A DNA stretch of 64,000 nt from Patescibacteria group bacterium (GCA_035291665.1 DATDRP010000006.1:145255-209254), one strand, 5' to 3'. Shown: positions 17,243-27,181, numbered from the stretch's first letter. The notes: generated by a model from the letters alone, not told the origin. Numbers and translations: made by a program.

Positions 17243-17848
17243 TTACTTCGGACGCGTGAGAACAAAAACCAAACCAATTATTGCGACGAGAGCAAGACCC
17301 GATGCAAGTCCCGCCCGCTTTAACCCGAGTATAACTTTATCGCGAACTGAGGATTTTTCAGGTGTTGGTGTGGGGGATTCTTGACTTTCTTCACCTGTTG
17401 CTTCGGGATTCTCCGGGAGATTTTCGGTTGGCTTTTCCAAAAACGTAATTGGCTTGACACTCCCTCTCATAACAACTTCACCCGCAGGTAGTTTAGTTTT
17501 TGCATTTTTTTCAGTTGTGATAAAAAGACTTGCAAAAGGAACTTTTGATACGTATTCACCCTTGCCAAGTCCGATTTGCCCAAGTGCGAAGGGATCGCCC
17601 CCGGCTACCGGGTTTGCCCAGAGAATATAGGTGTATATCGATCCATCAACCGGGTAAAGGATGTTTCGGCATGAAACAATTACACGGTATGAACCGGTTT
17701 GCATTTGTAGTGATGCGGCGAAACATTTGTAATCAAGTTCTGTGGTACTGCGAAGTTCAAAAGTGCCATCGGATGCATGAACGACCGTAAACCCTAAGAG
17801 TAAATATATAGAAAAACCAAAAATGAAGGTTTTTAAAATTTTTAACAT
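17243..17848 (-). CDS. Hypothetical secreted protein with C-terminal TM anchor
   Basis: N-terminal signal-like helix and C-terminal TM (LALVAIIGLVFVL). The YILWANPVAGGDPFALGQIG segment is reminiscent of RskA-type anti-sigma C-domains (weak). Confidence 0.5.
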   Translation of the reverse strand: MLKILKTFIFGFSIYLLLGFTVVHASDGTFELRSTTELDYKCFAASLQMQTGSYRVIVSCRNILYPVDGSIYTYILWANPVAGGDPFALGQIGLGKGEYVSKVPFASLFITTEKNAKTKLPAGEVVMRGSVKPITFLEKPTENLPENPEATGEESQESPTPTPEKSSVRDKVILGLKRAGLASGLALVAIIGLVFVLTRPK

Positions 17849-17954
17849 ATTATTAATTTCTTAAGATTTATTTTATCAAAATATATTCCAAAATAACACT
17901 AATTAGTATTAATTGGTAACTCGACCGAGACAGCATTTTCAAATTTTTGTAGAA

Positions 17955-17983
17955 TTGAAAACAAGCACTGGTTGCTTTAAGAT
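17955..17983 (+). promoter_or_regulatory. Putative promoter TTGAAA-17 nt-TAAGAT, 8 nt before the ATG
   Basis: Hexamers at 17955-17960 and 17978-17983, ATG at 17992, no Shine-Dalgarno sequence. Confidence 0.35.
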
Positions 17984-17991
17984 GTACATAT

Positions 17992-18423
17992 ATGCCTGAT
18001 CCTGTCCAACAGACCCCAGCGCCCGTTCCCGGAAAAACTGTAGATGTCAGAAACATCCCCAACCTTCTTCTGGTTGAAGATGATCCTGTGCTTTCGAAAA
18101 TGTACACCGAAAAATTTAAATTCGAAGGTTTTAATGTATTAACCGCCATGAACGGAGAAGACGGATTGAGGCTTGCACTATCAGAAAATATTGACCTTAT
18201 AATATTAGATCTGATGCTTCCCCGGTTGTCAGGAAGTGAACTTTTAGCAAAGTTGCGTCAGGATGCAAAAGGCAGAAATACAAAAGTAATTGCTCTGACA
18301 AACCTGGCCGAACAAGAAGAAAGGCAAAAAGTTATGCAGCTTGGAGTTCTGGATTATCTAATAAAAGCGATGCAAACTCCGGAAGAAGTGGTGGAAAAAG
18401 TAAAAAAGTACCTCAGTACATAA
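17992..18423 (+). CDS. Receiver-only response regulator (paralog of 16779-17207)
   Basis: LLLVEDD...DLIILDLMLPRLSG...ALTNL...KA. 143 aa. Colinear with the other receiver, including the C-terminal VEKVKKYL. Confidence 0.85.
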   Translation: MPDPVQQTPAPVPGKTVDVRNIPNLLLVEDDPVLSKMYTEKFKFEGFNVLTAMNGEDGLRLALSENIDLIILDLMLPRLSGSELLAKLRQDAKGRNTKVIALTNLAEQEERQKVMQLGVLDYLIKAMQTPEEVVEKVKKYLST

Positions 18424-18427
18424 TGAC

Positions 18428-20071
18428 TTAGACTTTCCAAAGCAGTTTTTTGTAATCCTCAATGACTCTTGTCGTAGAGAAATTTGTTGAAGTGTTTATA
18501 GATCTTCTCATACGTTGAATCCATTCCTGCGGAAGACCATTTTTATCTCTTCCAAAGAACATGGGAGCGATGGAATCTTTGAGGGTTGAATATAAGCTTC
18601 CGGATGGGTTACCCGCATCAAGAATCCACCCGATATCTTTCCAGTCAACCTCAGACACCCAACCGTCAGCTACAGTGCAGCTCAAAACACCGTTTGCGAT
18701 AGCTTTCATACCGGATGTTCCGCTTGCTTCCTGATTGCCCTTGGGAGTATTGAGCCAAACGTCTGATCCGGAGACCAAATTATTGGCTAGTGATATATTG
18801 TAGTTTGGTATAAAAATCGCGTTTCCAAAAAGCTCCTTAGAAAAAATTTCAATAATCCTCTCGATTATTGATTTTGCGTTCGGGTCTGCTGAATGCGAGT
18901 TTCCTGCAAAAAGGATCTGAATCGGGTGATTGATATCAGTAATAATAGATTTGAGTGTTTCTATATCCTGAAAAACAGACATCGGTTGTTTATATTCTGC
19001 AAGCCTTCTTGCCCAAGTTACTACCAATTTGTTCGGATCATATCCGATACCGGTTCTTTTTATAACCGTTTCTGCCAATTCGTGTTTTTTTATTATATGA
19101 AGGTCCCAGATTTGTTCGTCGCTCAGTTGGGTATTTCTGAAGTCGCTATCCTGCCACCTTCCCATGTGTACGCCGTTTGTTATATTAACCCACTCGAAGT
19201 CAGGCCACTGTTTTTTGGCGTATGATTCGTGAAGCTTACTCACACTGTTGTGGCGAATGGATACGGATAATGCAAATTTTGTTATATCAAATTTATTGTT
19301 CGCAACCTTTCCCATGGATAGTAGTCCGCCACCCTCGACATTAAAAAGTTTTGAGTACCCGGAAGTATATTTTTCAAACAATTCTATCGGATAAAGCGGG
19401 TTTCCGGCAGAGACCAGGGTATGATTTGTATAAACAATTTTAGATTTCGCAATGTTCCAACTTTCAGTAAAACTTAATTTTTCATTTTCACTGAGAATAT
19501 TTTTTGTTATTTCCAGAACACACATCGTCGGCCGGCCTTCATTAATATGGTAGACGGATGGCTTGATATTTAATTCATTAAGGAGTTTTACCCCTCCGAT
19601 GCCCAATATAAGCATTTGCCGGACCTGGCTTTCTTCGTCACCGTGGTATAAAGCATCCATATCAGAAATCCATTGCTGGGGATTGCCATCCACGTCAGTT
19701 GAAAGAAAATACAAGGTTACTTTTTCTGATAATCTGATTTGATATGGTTTGACGTAAATTTTATCTCCTCCGAACTCCAGAGTTAACTTAAGAGGTTTAC
19801 CATTTTTGTACGTTGGCCGTAAAAAAGAAGTGTCGTGGTCAAATTCAGTATCTCTTTTCTCTTCGTTTCCGGTACCTGTTATGTGCTGCATGAACCATCT
19901 TCCTTTATAAAGAAGACCCACACCGACCATGGGAAAATCCTGGTCGGCTGCTTCTTGTATGATATCTGCCGATAAAATTCCTAAGCCGCCTGAATATGTC
20001 GGGAGATCATTATCAATTCCGAATTCGGCACATAAAAAAGCAACCGGTTTATTGGGGGCAGAGTTTTCCAC
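18428..20071 (-). CDS. glgP: Alpha-glucan (glycogen/maltodextrin) phosphorylase, GT35
   Basis: N-terminal FLCAEFGI..LPTYSGGLGILSAD and the PLP-lysine region EASGTSGMKA. Confidence 0.85.
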   Translation of the reverse strand: MENSAPNKPVAFLCAEFGIDNDLPTYSGGLGILSADIIQEAADQDFPMVGVGLLYKGRWFMQHITGTGNEEKRDTEFDHDTSFLRPTYKNGKPLKLTLEFGGDKIYVKPYQIRLSEKVTLYFLSTDVDGNPQQWISDMDALYHGDEESQVRQMLILGIGGVKLLNELNIKPSVYHINEGRPTMCVLEITKNILSENEKLSFTESWNIAKSKIVYTNHTLVSAGNPLYPIELFEKYTSGYSKLFNVEGGGLLSMGKVANNKFDITKFALSVSIRHNSVSKLHESYAKKQWPDFEWVNITNGVHMGRWQDSDFRNTQLSDEQIWDLHIIKKHELAETVIKRTGIGYDPNKLVVTWARRLAEYKQPMSVFQDIETLKSIITDINHPIQILFAGNSHSADPNAKSIIERIIEIFSKELFGNAIFIPNYNISLANNLVSGSDVWLNTPKGNQEASGTSGMKAIANGVLSCTVADGWVSEVDWKDIGWILDAGNPSGSLYSTLKDSIAPMFFGRDKNGLPQEWIQRMRRSINTSTNFSTTRVIEDYKKLLWKV

Positions 20072-20186
20072 TATCTAAATTTAACATTTTTTCAAGCTTA
20101 AGAATACCTTCATGAAGATTTGCAATAATTTAATGTTGCACCCCAAGTTGAACTATTCTGGCTATGGCTTATAATGCCTTAGATAC

Positions 20187-21839
20187 ATGATTAACAAAGG
20201 ATCAGTCCCCTTGAGTGAGAAAGAAGATTTCCAAATCTCGGATGAAACGGAAAGGTTGATTAATTCGTACAAGGAAGAATGGTTATATATTGATCGAACC
20301 AAATCTGAGGCAAAATTCCATGTCAGTCAGATCCTAAGCCCCTTAGCATTTTTTTATGAACGGATAAGGAATGCTCTGGACTACAAAGGCGACCATTTGA
20401 TGAGGCGGAATGCAATCGAAAGGATCCTCCGACGTCAGATATGGGAAAAAAGGACGGGTAATCCTTCCGTTTTGTCCGAAACACTTCTGAAAGAACTTAT
20501 TTGGGCACGATATGAAAAAAATGATTATGTTCCGAAAAAAAAGATTCAGATTCTTGAGGTTGTTGTAAGAAAATATTTAAAAATATTTCAACGATTGGAA
20601 ACCGTGAAGAGCGAGAAAGGACTGCAGGAATGTAAGGATTGGTTTATGGGAGTATTTTCTTCGGAAGTAGAAGAGCTATTGGAACCGTCAATATTCTTAA
20701 AAGAATCATTGAACTATGAAGTATTTTCTTGGTTTAAGGAAAATTATGATTGGCAAGAGCACAATCTTTCTGATAAAGACCGGGATATTCAAATTTTCAT
20801 AGCAATACACAGAAGTCTGACCAAATCGGATAAGGCCGGTGTGAGATACCGTCTATTAAAGGTTTACTATCCAAATTGGGATGAAATTGACGATATCGAA
20901 ATCATGAAGTCGTTTGCATCTCTCATTAACCTGATTGACGAAATTGAAGAAAAGCTCAATTCCTTGTACCAACCGAGGCTTTTCCGTTTCATACAAAGGC
21001 AACTACCGGCTTTTTTGATATTGAAAGAAATGATAGATGAAGATTTTGAAGAAGCTGAAAAGATTTTCCAGTCCCCGAAAAAACTCGAGAATAAAATCAC
21101 TGAGGTTTGTAATAAAAAATATTCACAAATAGGTACGAGGATCAGGACGGGAATTATCCGGAGTATTATCTATATTTTTATGACCAAAGCCCTTTTGGCT
21201 TTGATGATAGAAATCCCATATGAACTTTTTGTTACCAAGGATTTGAATTTTGCATCACTTTCGATAAATGTACTTTTCCCTCCGACCTTAATGTTTTTGG
21301 TGGGAATGACCATCAGAAAACCGGGTGATGAAAATACACAAAGAATTATCCAAATAATCAAGAGCTTTGTATATGAGCATAAAAAGACGGGAAGGTATGA
21401 GTTTTCTTTGGAACGTAAAAAATTGGGGGGATTAGTGAGTCAAATATTTTTGGTGCTTTATCTTCTTATGTTTTTGATTACATTCGGCGGAATCGGGTTA
21501 ATTCTATTGGATTTGGGCTTCAATCTTTTAAGCGCGGGAATGTTTTTTATTTTTTTATCATTGGTGCTTCTTTTTGTTTACAGGGTCCGGTACACAGCAA
21601 CAGAATTAAATGTTCAGGGTGAACGGGAAGGTTTTTTGAGTCACCTTTTTTCCAATTTTACGATACCGCTTTTGAATCTCGGACAGGTAATTTCAAACGG
21701 GTTCAGGAAACTGAACTTTATTTTATTATTTATGGATTTTCTGATTGAAGTTCCGCTTAAAAGCATTATCGCAATTTTTGAAGAATGGAGCATGTTCATG
21801 AGGGAAAAAAGGGAAGAAGTTATTGAAATTCCGAATTAG
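20187..21839 (+). CDS. Hypothetical protein: large soluble N-domain plus polytopic C-terminal membrane domain
   Basis: 550-aa ORF. About 320 aa of charged helical sequence, then 5 or more TM segments. Family not recognised with confidence. Confidence 0.6.
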   Translation: MINKGSVPLSEKEDFQISDETERLINSYKEEWLYIDRTKSEAKFHVSQILSPLAFFYERIRNALDYKGDHLMRRNAIERILRRQIWEKRTGNPSVLSETLLKELIWARYEKNDYVPKKKIQILEVVVRKYLKIFQRLETVKSEKGLQECKDWFMGVFSSEVEELLEPSIFLKESLNYEVFSWFKENYDWQEHNLSDKDRDIQIFIAIHRSLTKSDKAGVRYRLLKVYYPNWDEIDDIEIMKSFASLINLIDEIEEKLNSLYQPRLFRFIQRQLPAFLILKEMIDEDFEEAEKIFQSPKKLENKITEVCNKKYSQIGTRIRTGIIRSIIYIFMTKALLALMIEIPYELFVTKDLNFASLSINVLFPPTLMFLVGMTIRKPGDENTQRIIQIIKSFVYEHKKTGRYEFSLERKKLGGLVSQIFLVLYLLMFLITFGGIGLILLDLGFNLLSAGMFFIFLSLVLLFVYRVRYTATELNVQGEREGFLSHLFSNFTIPLLNLGQVISNGFRKLNFILLFMDFLIEVPLKSIIAIFEEWSMFMREKREEVIEIPN

Positions 21840-22712
21840 CTATTTTCCATAGTCAAAATAACCGTCCTTGAATCCCTCTATTATTTCTCTTATTAGCTCG
21901 CCTGCTTTTTTGGCTGCAGCCCTCGGTAGGTCGCCTGCGCCCGAGAAAATAGAATCCTTAGGGCAAGCAGTTAAAGAATCATCTTCATCAAGCTTATGCG
22001 ATTCACTGGTTAGAACCGGAATTGTTCCTGCGGATTGTTCAACGAAAACTCTTGTGTTAATAGTTTCGAATCTTTTGTTGATTTCCCAGATGCCGCTAAT
22101 TGCGGGACTTTTATCAGATCCTAATGGACTACCGAGAAGGTCATTTTTTTCCAAATCAGTCAGTTCACAGTTAAAATTCTCAATTAGTCCCAAACCTTTG
22201 GTACCGGTAGGTGTATTTACGCCAAATACTGCGTAAATCGCATCTCCCGTAAACGGGCGGGGGATTTTGACAACATATGTTATGAGTACGTCATTAAGTG
22301 TGATCTGCTCACCGCCGGAGTTTTCTCTGACATCTTTTAGAATTTTATCATCGGGATTCGGCGTTGGAGTTAAAGTGTCAAGGGGAATTGCAGTGGTAGG
22401 TCTTGTCGTTGGTGATTCAACTGTAAATTTTGCAGGAGTTAAGGTTGGTGTAGGTAGAATAACTATTGTCGGTACTTCTTTTTTGGTTTGCAATTCAGAA
22501 ACCTGAGTTTGGAGGGCATTTTGGGTAGCCTGAAGTTTTTGATATTCTTTTAGTAAATCTTTGGGCACTGAAGTTTCCTGAATTTTATTTCCACTTTCTT
22601 CCGCTTCATCCTGGGTAGATGAATTTACCGGTCTGCATGCGGAAACAAACATCGATGCGATAGTTATATACGAACCGGTTCTGATTAACCAATTGGGGTT
22701 ATCTTTCCTCAT
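21840..22712 (-). CDS. Hypothetical lipoprotein
   Basis: Lipobox-like ASMFVSAC, a coiled-coil segment, a Pro/Thr linker and a C-terminal globular domain. Confidence 0.6.
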   Translation of the reverse strand: MRKDNPNWLIRTGSYITIASMFVSACRPVNSSTQDEAEESGNKIQETSVPKDLLKEYQKLQATQNALQTQVSELQTKKEVPTIVILPTPTLTPAKFTVESPTTRPTTAIPLDTLTPTPNPDDKILKDVRENSGGEQITLNDVLITYVVKIPRPFTGDAIYAVFGVNTPTGTKGLGLIENFNCELTDLEKNDLLGSPLGSDKSPAISGIWEINKRFETINTRVFVEQSAGTIPVLTSESHKLDEDDSLTACPKDSIFSGAGDLPRAAAKKAGELIREIIEGFKDGYFDYGK

Positions 22713-22740
22713 GTTGTATTATACCAAGGAAAGTAAATAT

Positions 22741-23334
22741 CTAGCCAAGAAGTTCGGCTATTTTATTCCAATCAACCACGTTCCACCAGGCTTCGATGTA
22801 CTCGGCTCTGCGGTTTTGATATCGAAGATAATAAGCATGTTCCCAGAGATCCAGTCCCAAAAGCACAGTATAAGCTTTACTTACCGGTGAATCCTGATTT
22901 TGTGTTGTTGTTATTTCAAGCGTATTGTTTTTTTGTACAAGCCATGTCCAACCACTGCCAAAAAGGGTTGTTGCCTTGTCCGAAAATATATTTTTAAAAT
23001 TATCGATGCTTCCAAAACCTGTTGAAATAGCTTTTTTGACTTTGTCATCAGGTTCATTTTTCTCAGGCGTCATCATTTGCCAAAAAAGACTGTGATTGAG
23101 ATGGCCGCCGCCGAAATTTATTACTTTCGATCTTATTTCGGAAGGAAGATCTTCAGGGTTTTTCAGAAGCTCCTCGATAGGCTTTTCTTTTAGATTTTCA
23201 AAATCCTTCAACACATCATTAAGCTTGTCCACGTATCCCTGATGGTGTTTGGTATGATGGATTTTCATCGTTTCCTGGTCGATGTAGGGTTCCAGGTCGT
23301 TATATTCGTATGGAAGCGTCGGAAGTTTATACAT
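22741..23334 (-). CDS. sodA: Fe/Mn superoxide dismutase
   Basis: LPYEYNDLEPYID..MKIHHTKHH, and the C-terminal D..WEHAYYL metal-ligand motif. Confidence 0.92.
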   Translation of the reverse strand: MYKLPTLPYEYNDLEPYIDQETMKIHHTKHHQGYVDKLNDVLKDFENLKEKPIEELLKNPEDLPSEIRSKVINFGGGHLNHSLFWQMMTPEKNEPDDKVKKAISTGFGSIDNFKNIFSDKATTLFGSGWTWLVQKNNTLEITTTQNQDSPVSKAYTVLLGLDLWEHAYYLRYQNRRAEYIEAWWNVVDWNKIAELLG

Positions 23335-23340
23335 GTAGAA

Positions 23341-23369
23341 AGGTTATCTTCATGAATATCATTTGTCAA
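23341..23369 (-). promoter_or_regulatory. Putative sodA promoter TTGACA-17 nt-TAACCT, 6 nt before the ATG
   Basis: Minus-strand TTGACA at 23369-23364 and TAACCT at 23346-23341, start codon at 23334. No SD. Confidence 0.35.
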
Positions 23370-23578
23370 GGCTGTTTTACCTCTTGCAATGCGGAAAAAC
23401 GTCTGATAAGATTCAATCCTTCATCGAATAGTTCCATTAATTTTTCTGCCTGAGCGTTGTTTTAATTTATGAATTTAAAAGCCGAGGAAGCATTTTATGT
23501 GGTAGCATTTTTCTCATTTTTAGCCTTCTTTCTGGTGCTTACAGGCATTGTTGGGTTTCTTATTTAAAAATCCAAAAA

Positions 23579-23755
23579 TCACCAGTTGAGGTAGATCATT
23601 ATACTCCCCGCAATCCAAATCACGACGCCAATTGAAGCTAAGGCTTTGTTGAAAAACGAAAGGATTAAAAGGGCGAAAAAGATTATCACGTGAGGTCCGT
23701 ACTTCCGCAGATTTCTGTTGACGTTGTAATTATTGAACAGGTTCTCCAAGTTCAT
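23579..23755 (-). CDS. Possible small membrane protein (58 aa, shorter than any ORF in the track)
   Basis: MNLENLFNNYNVNRNLRKYGPHVIIFFALLILSFFNKALASIGVVIWIAGSIMIYLNW has two hydrophobic helices. Confidence 0.3.
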   Translation of the reverse strand: MNLENLFNNYNVNRNLRKYGPHVIIFFALLILSFFNKALASIGVVIWIAGSIMIYLNW

Positions 23756-23867
23756 GGTTTAATAATATCATGTCTAAAAGATTAGGTGTTATATTCCATT
23801 ATTACAACAACAACAATGGTTACATTGAAGGTTGTTGGCCTTGGTTGACTATGTAATAATACAAAAT

Positions 23868-24119
23868 ATGTCGGACACAAAAATACTACAAGCGATATTG
23901 GATAGTCAAAAGGCAATAAAAGAAGAGCTTAAGGGTGATATTGGTAAGGTTGGAAAAGACATTTTACGTGTTGAGAAAAAGGTTGACCGGAATGGAGAAA
24001 GGATAGATAAACTTGGTTTGCAACTTGCACGACTGGAGGATGATGCTCCAACAGTAGAGGAATTTGATAATTTGGATAAGAGAATGGGGAAATTGGAAAA
24101 GACAGTTGCTTCAATTTAA
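23868..24119 (+). CDS. Hypothetical coiled-coil protein
   Basis: ATG at 23868 (MSDTKILQAIL...). Heptad-like charged sequence, no family. Confidence 0.45.
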   Translation: MSDTKILQAILDSQKAIKEELKGDIGKVGKDILRVEKKVDRNGERIDKLGLQLARLEDDAPTVEEFDNLDKRMGKLEKTVASI

Positions 24120-24229
24120 CTTTTGATAAATTAGGTGAATTTAGGAGTTATCTTTTGAGTTAAGATGCGTAAATCAAAAAAGGTAATTAATCCCTGCATA
24201 CTATATGTCATCTACTATATACTAAATTA

Positions 24230-25762
24230 ATGTTGGCAAAAATTTCTTCCGGGGCAACGGTGGGACTTAATGCAACACTCATTGATGTTGAAGTAGATAT
24301 TGCAAATGGCTTACCGACTTTTACTATAGTTGGGCTTCCTGATAAGGCAGTAGAGGAAAGCCGCGAACGTGTCCGCTCCGCTCTGAAAAATTCCGGCGCA
24401 GACTTTCCGATGAGCAGGATCACAGTCAATCTGGCACCTGCCGATCTTCCGAAAGCCGGTCCTGCATATGACCTTCCGATTGCTTTAGGGATATTGATTG
24501 CGTCTGAGCAAATAAGACCGGATGTCAAGAAATATTTATTTTATGGTGAGCTTTCATTGGACGGCAACCTCCGCCATACAAACGGAATATTACCTTTGGC
24601 GTATTTGGCCAAAGAGAAGAAGTTTGACGGCGTTTTTATACCCAGAATTAATGATCAGGAAGCCTCTGTAGTGAGAGGAATAAAAGTTTATCCCGTAGAA
24701 TCTCTTCTTGAGCTGGTAAGATTTTTCAGCGGAACTGTAAAAATTATACCTTCCAAGCAAATTTCATTATCGAGTCTTCTGAAAACAGTTGAAGCAGAAT
24801 TCGATTTTTCAGAAATTATAGGTCAGGAACAAGCCAAACGGGCAATGGAAATTGCCGCGGCAGGGAACCACAACATCTTTATGAAAGGTTCGCCCGGTTC
24901 CGGAAAAACCATGCTATCCCGGGCGCTTCCGGGAATTTTGCCGGTTCTAACTGAAGACGAAGCCCTGGAAGTAACAAAAATTTATTCGATAACGGGGAAT
25001 CTTCCTCCCGGACAGGCGATCGTTACAACCCGGCCATTCCGTAGCCCTCATCACACCACCAGCAGGATAGGGCTAATTGGAGGAGGAACAAATCCGTCAC
25101 CCGGCGAGGTTTCGCTCGCACATCGAGGAGTTTTATTTTTGGATGAGTTTCCCGAATTCCCAAGGAATGTTTTGGAATCCCTGCGTCAGCCGATGGAGGA
25201 TGGGATTGTGACAATCTCGCGGGCAAAAGGAACAGTTTCATATCCGGCGAAATTTTTACTGGTTGCAGCATCAAATCCATGTCCTTGCGGCTATTTTGGC
25301 GATGCCAAAAGACGCTGTAAATGTCTTCCTGGAACGATTTCCCGATATCAAAAAAGAGTTTCAGGACCGATTCTCGACCGGATCGATATTCATGTTTCGG
25401 TTCCAAGCGTTGATACACAAAAACTTATTGACATCAAGAGTAACAGCAAGAGCAAGAGTTCAAAAGAAATACAAGAAAAAGTTCAGAAAGCAAGAGACAT
25501 TCAGATAAAAAGGTTTAGAGGAACGAGAATAAGATCAAATGCAGAGATGAGTACAAAAAATGTCAAAGAGTTGGCTCCCCTATCTCAAGAATGTCGTACA
25601 ATGATGATATCTGCAACTGCAACAATGGATTTGACCGCAAGATCGTATTTTAAAGTTGTGAAGATTACCCGGACGATCGCCGACTTGGAAGGTGCAACCG
25701 ACATTTCCACAACCCATTTGGCTGAAGCTCTTCAATACCGTCCGATGCAGGACGATTTTTAA
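24230..25762 (+). CDS. comM: YifB/ComM family Mg-chelatase-like ATPase
   Basis: N-terminal Lon-protease-like domain, Walker A GSPGSGKT, Walker B VLFLDEFPEF, and the CxC..C.C cluster (NPCPCGYFGDAKRRCKC). Confidence 0.9.
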   Translation: MLAKISSGATVGLNATLIDVEVDIANGLPTFTIVGLPDKAVEESRERVRSALKNSGADFPMSRITVNLAPADLPKAGPAYDLPIALGILIASEQIRPDVKKYLFYGELSLDGNLRHTNGILPLAYLAKEKKFDGVFIPRINDQEASVVRGIKVYPVESLLELVRFFSGTVKIIPSKQISLSSLLKTVEAEFDFSEIIGQEQAKRAMEIAAAGNHNIFMKGSPGSGKTMLSRALPGILPVLTEDEALEVTKIYSITGNLPPGQAIVTTRPFRSPHHTTSRIGLIGGGTNPSPGEVSLAHRGVLFLDEFPEFPRNVLESLRQPMEDGIVTISRAKGTVSYPAKFLLVAASNPCPCGYFGDAKRRCKCLPGTISRYQKRVSGPILDRIDIHVSVPSVDTQKLIDIKSNSKSKSSKEIQEKVQKARDIQIKRFRGTRIRSNAEMSTKNVKELAPLSQECRTMMISATATMDLTARSYFKVVKITRTIADLEGATDISTTHLAEALQYRPMQDDF

Positions 25763-25854
25763 CAATAAATTCTGAGTTTACCGAAGGACAGTATCGTCCT
25801 AAAGAAAGTGATTTTTGGAAGCAGCGAAATAAAAATTAAGTGAAGTTTAACACT

Positions 25855-26112
25855 TTATTCCTCCCCGATCGGTAGATTTCCTCTTCCACCCCAAAAGCAA
25901 GAATTTGAAACACTCTCCCCTTTTCTGGGACAAAATGTTACAAACGTTCCGTCGGCTTTATTGAAATAGGACACTCTTAATAGTCCGCATACTCCGCAAT
26001 TTCCAAGAATTTTTAATATATTACCTCCGGGAATACTCATAATAATACCCAAGCCATCCGGATTTAATCCCAACCTTGAAAGAAATTCGGGATTGACTTC
26101 ACTTTTTGGCAT
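25855..26112 (-). CDS. Hypothetical small Cys-containing protein
   Basis: 85-aa ORF, no family recognised. Confidence 0.4.
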   Translation of the reverse strand: MPKSEVNPEFLSRLGLNPDGLGIIMSIPGGNILKILGNCGVCGLLRVSYFNKADGTFVTFCPRKGESVSNSCFWGGRGNLPIGEE

Positions 26113-26219
26113 ATGTTGGGCGATTTTAACAAAATTTTAGAAATATTTCACCCATAGTTGTTGAATCATTTAGATGATAGTTTTTTCCAGTAAGGAAGAA
26201 CTTATGGGTAGAATACTAA

Positions 26220-26729
26220 TTAGACAAAGAATTTTATAAAGTCCTCGGTATACGGATATTCATGATCGGATCTCGGTTTGGAAATGATCTTAATACTTGA
26301 ATTTACTTTTTCGATAAGGTTTTTGACGTCGCCGAATTTTGCGTGATTATCATTTTCATTTTGAATAATTAGTACCCGACCGGATTGAATATCGGAAAGG
26401 ACATCAAAGCGTTTTTGATCTGCTTCCAAAAAGTCATTGAGAGGAATCCCGCAAAGTAAAATTTTACCGATTTTGTCGGGTTTGATTTTCAACATTTCCA
26501 TAGCCACCAAGGTTCCAACTGATTTTGCCAGAAGATCAATTTTTTCTTCACTTACCAGATCAAGAATTTTATTTGCCTGACTTTCAATCCACCCGGCTTC
26601 TGATTTACCTGTTTCCCAGTGCGGCCAATAGATAACTCTAGTCGGAACATGTGTTTCCAACTCAGCCTTGATTTGTTCCGCCCAATCTTTATTTTTCAAA
26701 GAGTAGGCCGGAAGAATAACTACGGGCAT
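26220..26729 (-). CDS. Small alpha/beta-hydrolase-fold protein (YdeN/RBBP9-like)
   Basis: 169 aa. Nucleophile-elbow-like AKSVG and a C-terminal D..H (RSDHEY). Confidence 0.55.
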   Translation of the reverse strand: MPVVILPAYSLKNKDWAEQIKAELETHVPTRVIYWPHWETGKSEAGWIESQANKILDLVSEEKIDLLAKSVGTLVAMEMLKIKPDKIGKILLCGIPLNDFLEADQKRFDVLSDIQSGRVLIIQNENDNHAKFGDVKNLIEKVNSSIKIISKPRSDHEYPYTEDFIKFFV

Positions 26730-26822
26730 ATCAGAATCTTAACATAAAGTTATAATTTTTTAACTTTTAGGACACGAATTTTAGCCAATTATTTTAAGAT
26801 ATTAAATCCAAATAAAAAAGAC

Positions 26823-26853
26823 TTGAAACAGGATATATTGGTTAACCTATAAT
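26823..26853 (+). promoter_or_regulatory. Putative promoter TTGAAA-19 nt-TATAAT, 5 nt before the ATG
   Basis: TTGAAA at 26823-26828, TATAAT at 26848-26853, ATG at 26859. Leaderless geometry. Confidence 0.4.
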
Positions 26854-26858
26854 CACTC

Positions 26859-27167
26859 ATGCCGGAAAGAAAAAGGTGCGGAGCGCAGATTCACCACCCC
26901 AATTGTGATGGCTGGGCAAACTCCATTGATCATTTTACCCCGAAGTGCATAGGACAGGCTTTCGGTTTGGAGAAAAAAGAAGTAGCGTCAGAGGAAAATC
27001 TGGTACCGATGAATAAGCTTTGCCACAGACTGAAAGATCAATCAACAACTCAGCGTTATCAATTACTAATGAAACAAAAGAGGGGAAGCAGTATTTCCCT
27101 TGATGATTATAGAAATATGAGAAATAGGTATGATCTTGTTTTTGTAACCGAAGGCTCCAGTGACTAA
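26859..27167 (+). CDS. Stand-alone HNH endonuclease-like protein
   Basis: C..HH..C...IDHFTPK...N..PM...CHRLKD pattern (HNH with flanking Cys/His). Confidence 0.65.
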   Translation: MPERKRCGAQIHHPNCDGWANSIDHFTPKCIGQAFGLEKKEVASEENLVPMNKLCHRLKDQSTTQRYQLLMKQKRGSSISLDDYRNMRNRYDLVFVTEGSSD

Positions 27168-27181
27168 GTGGCTAATACTTT

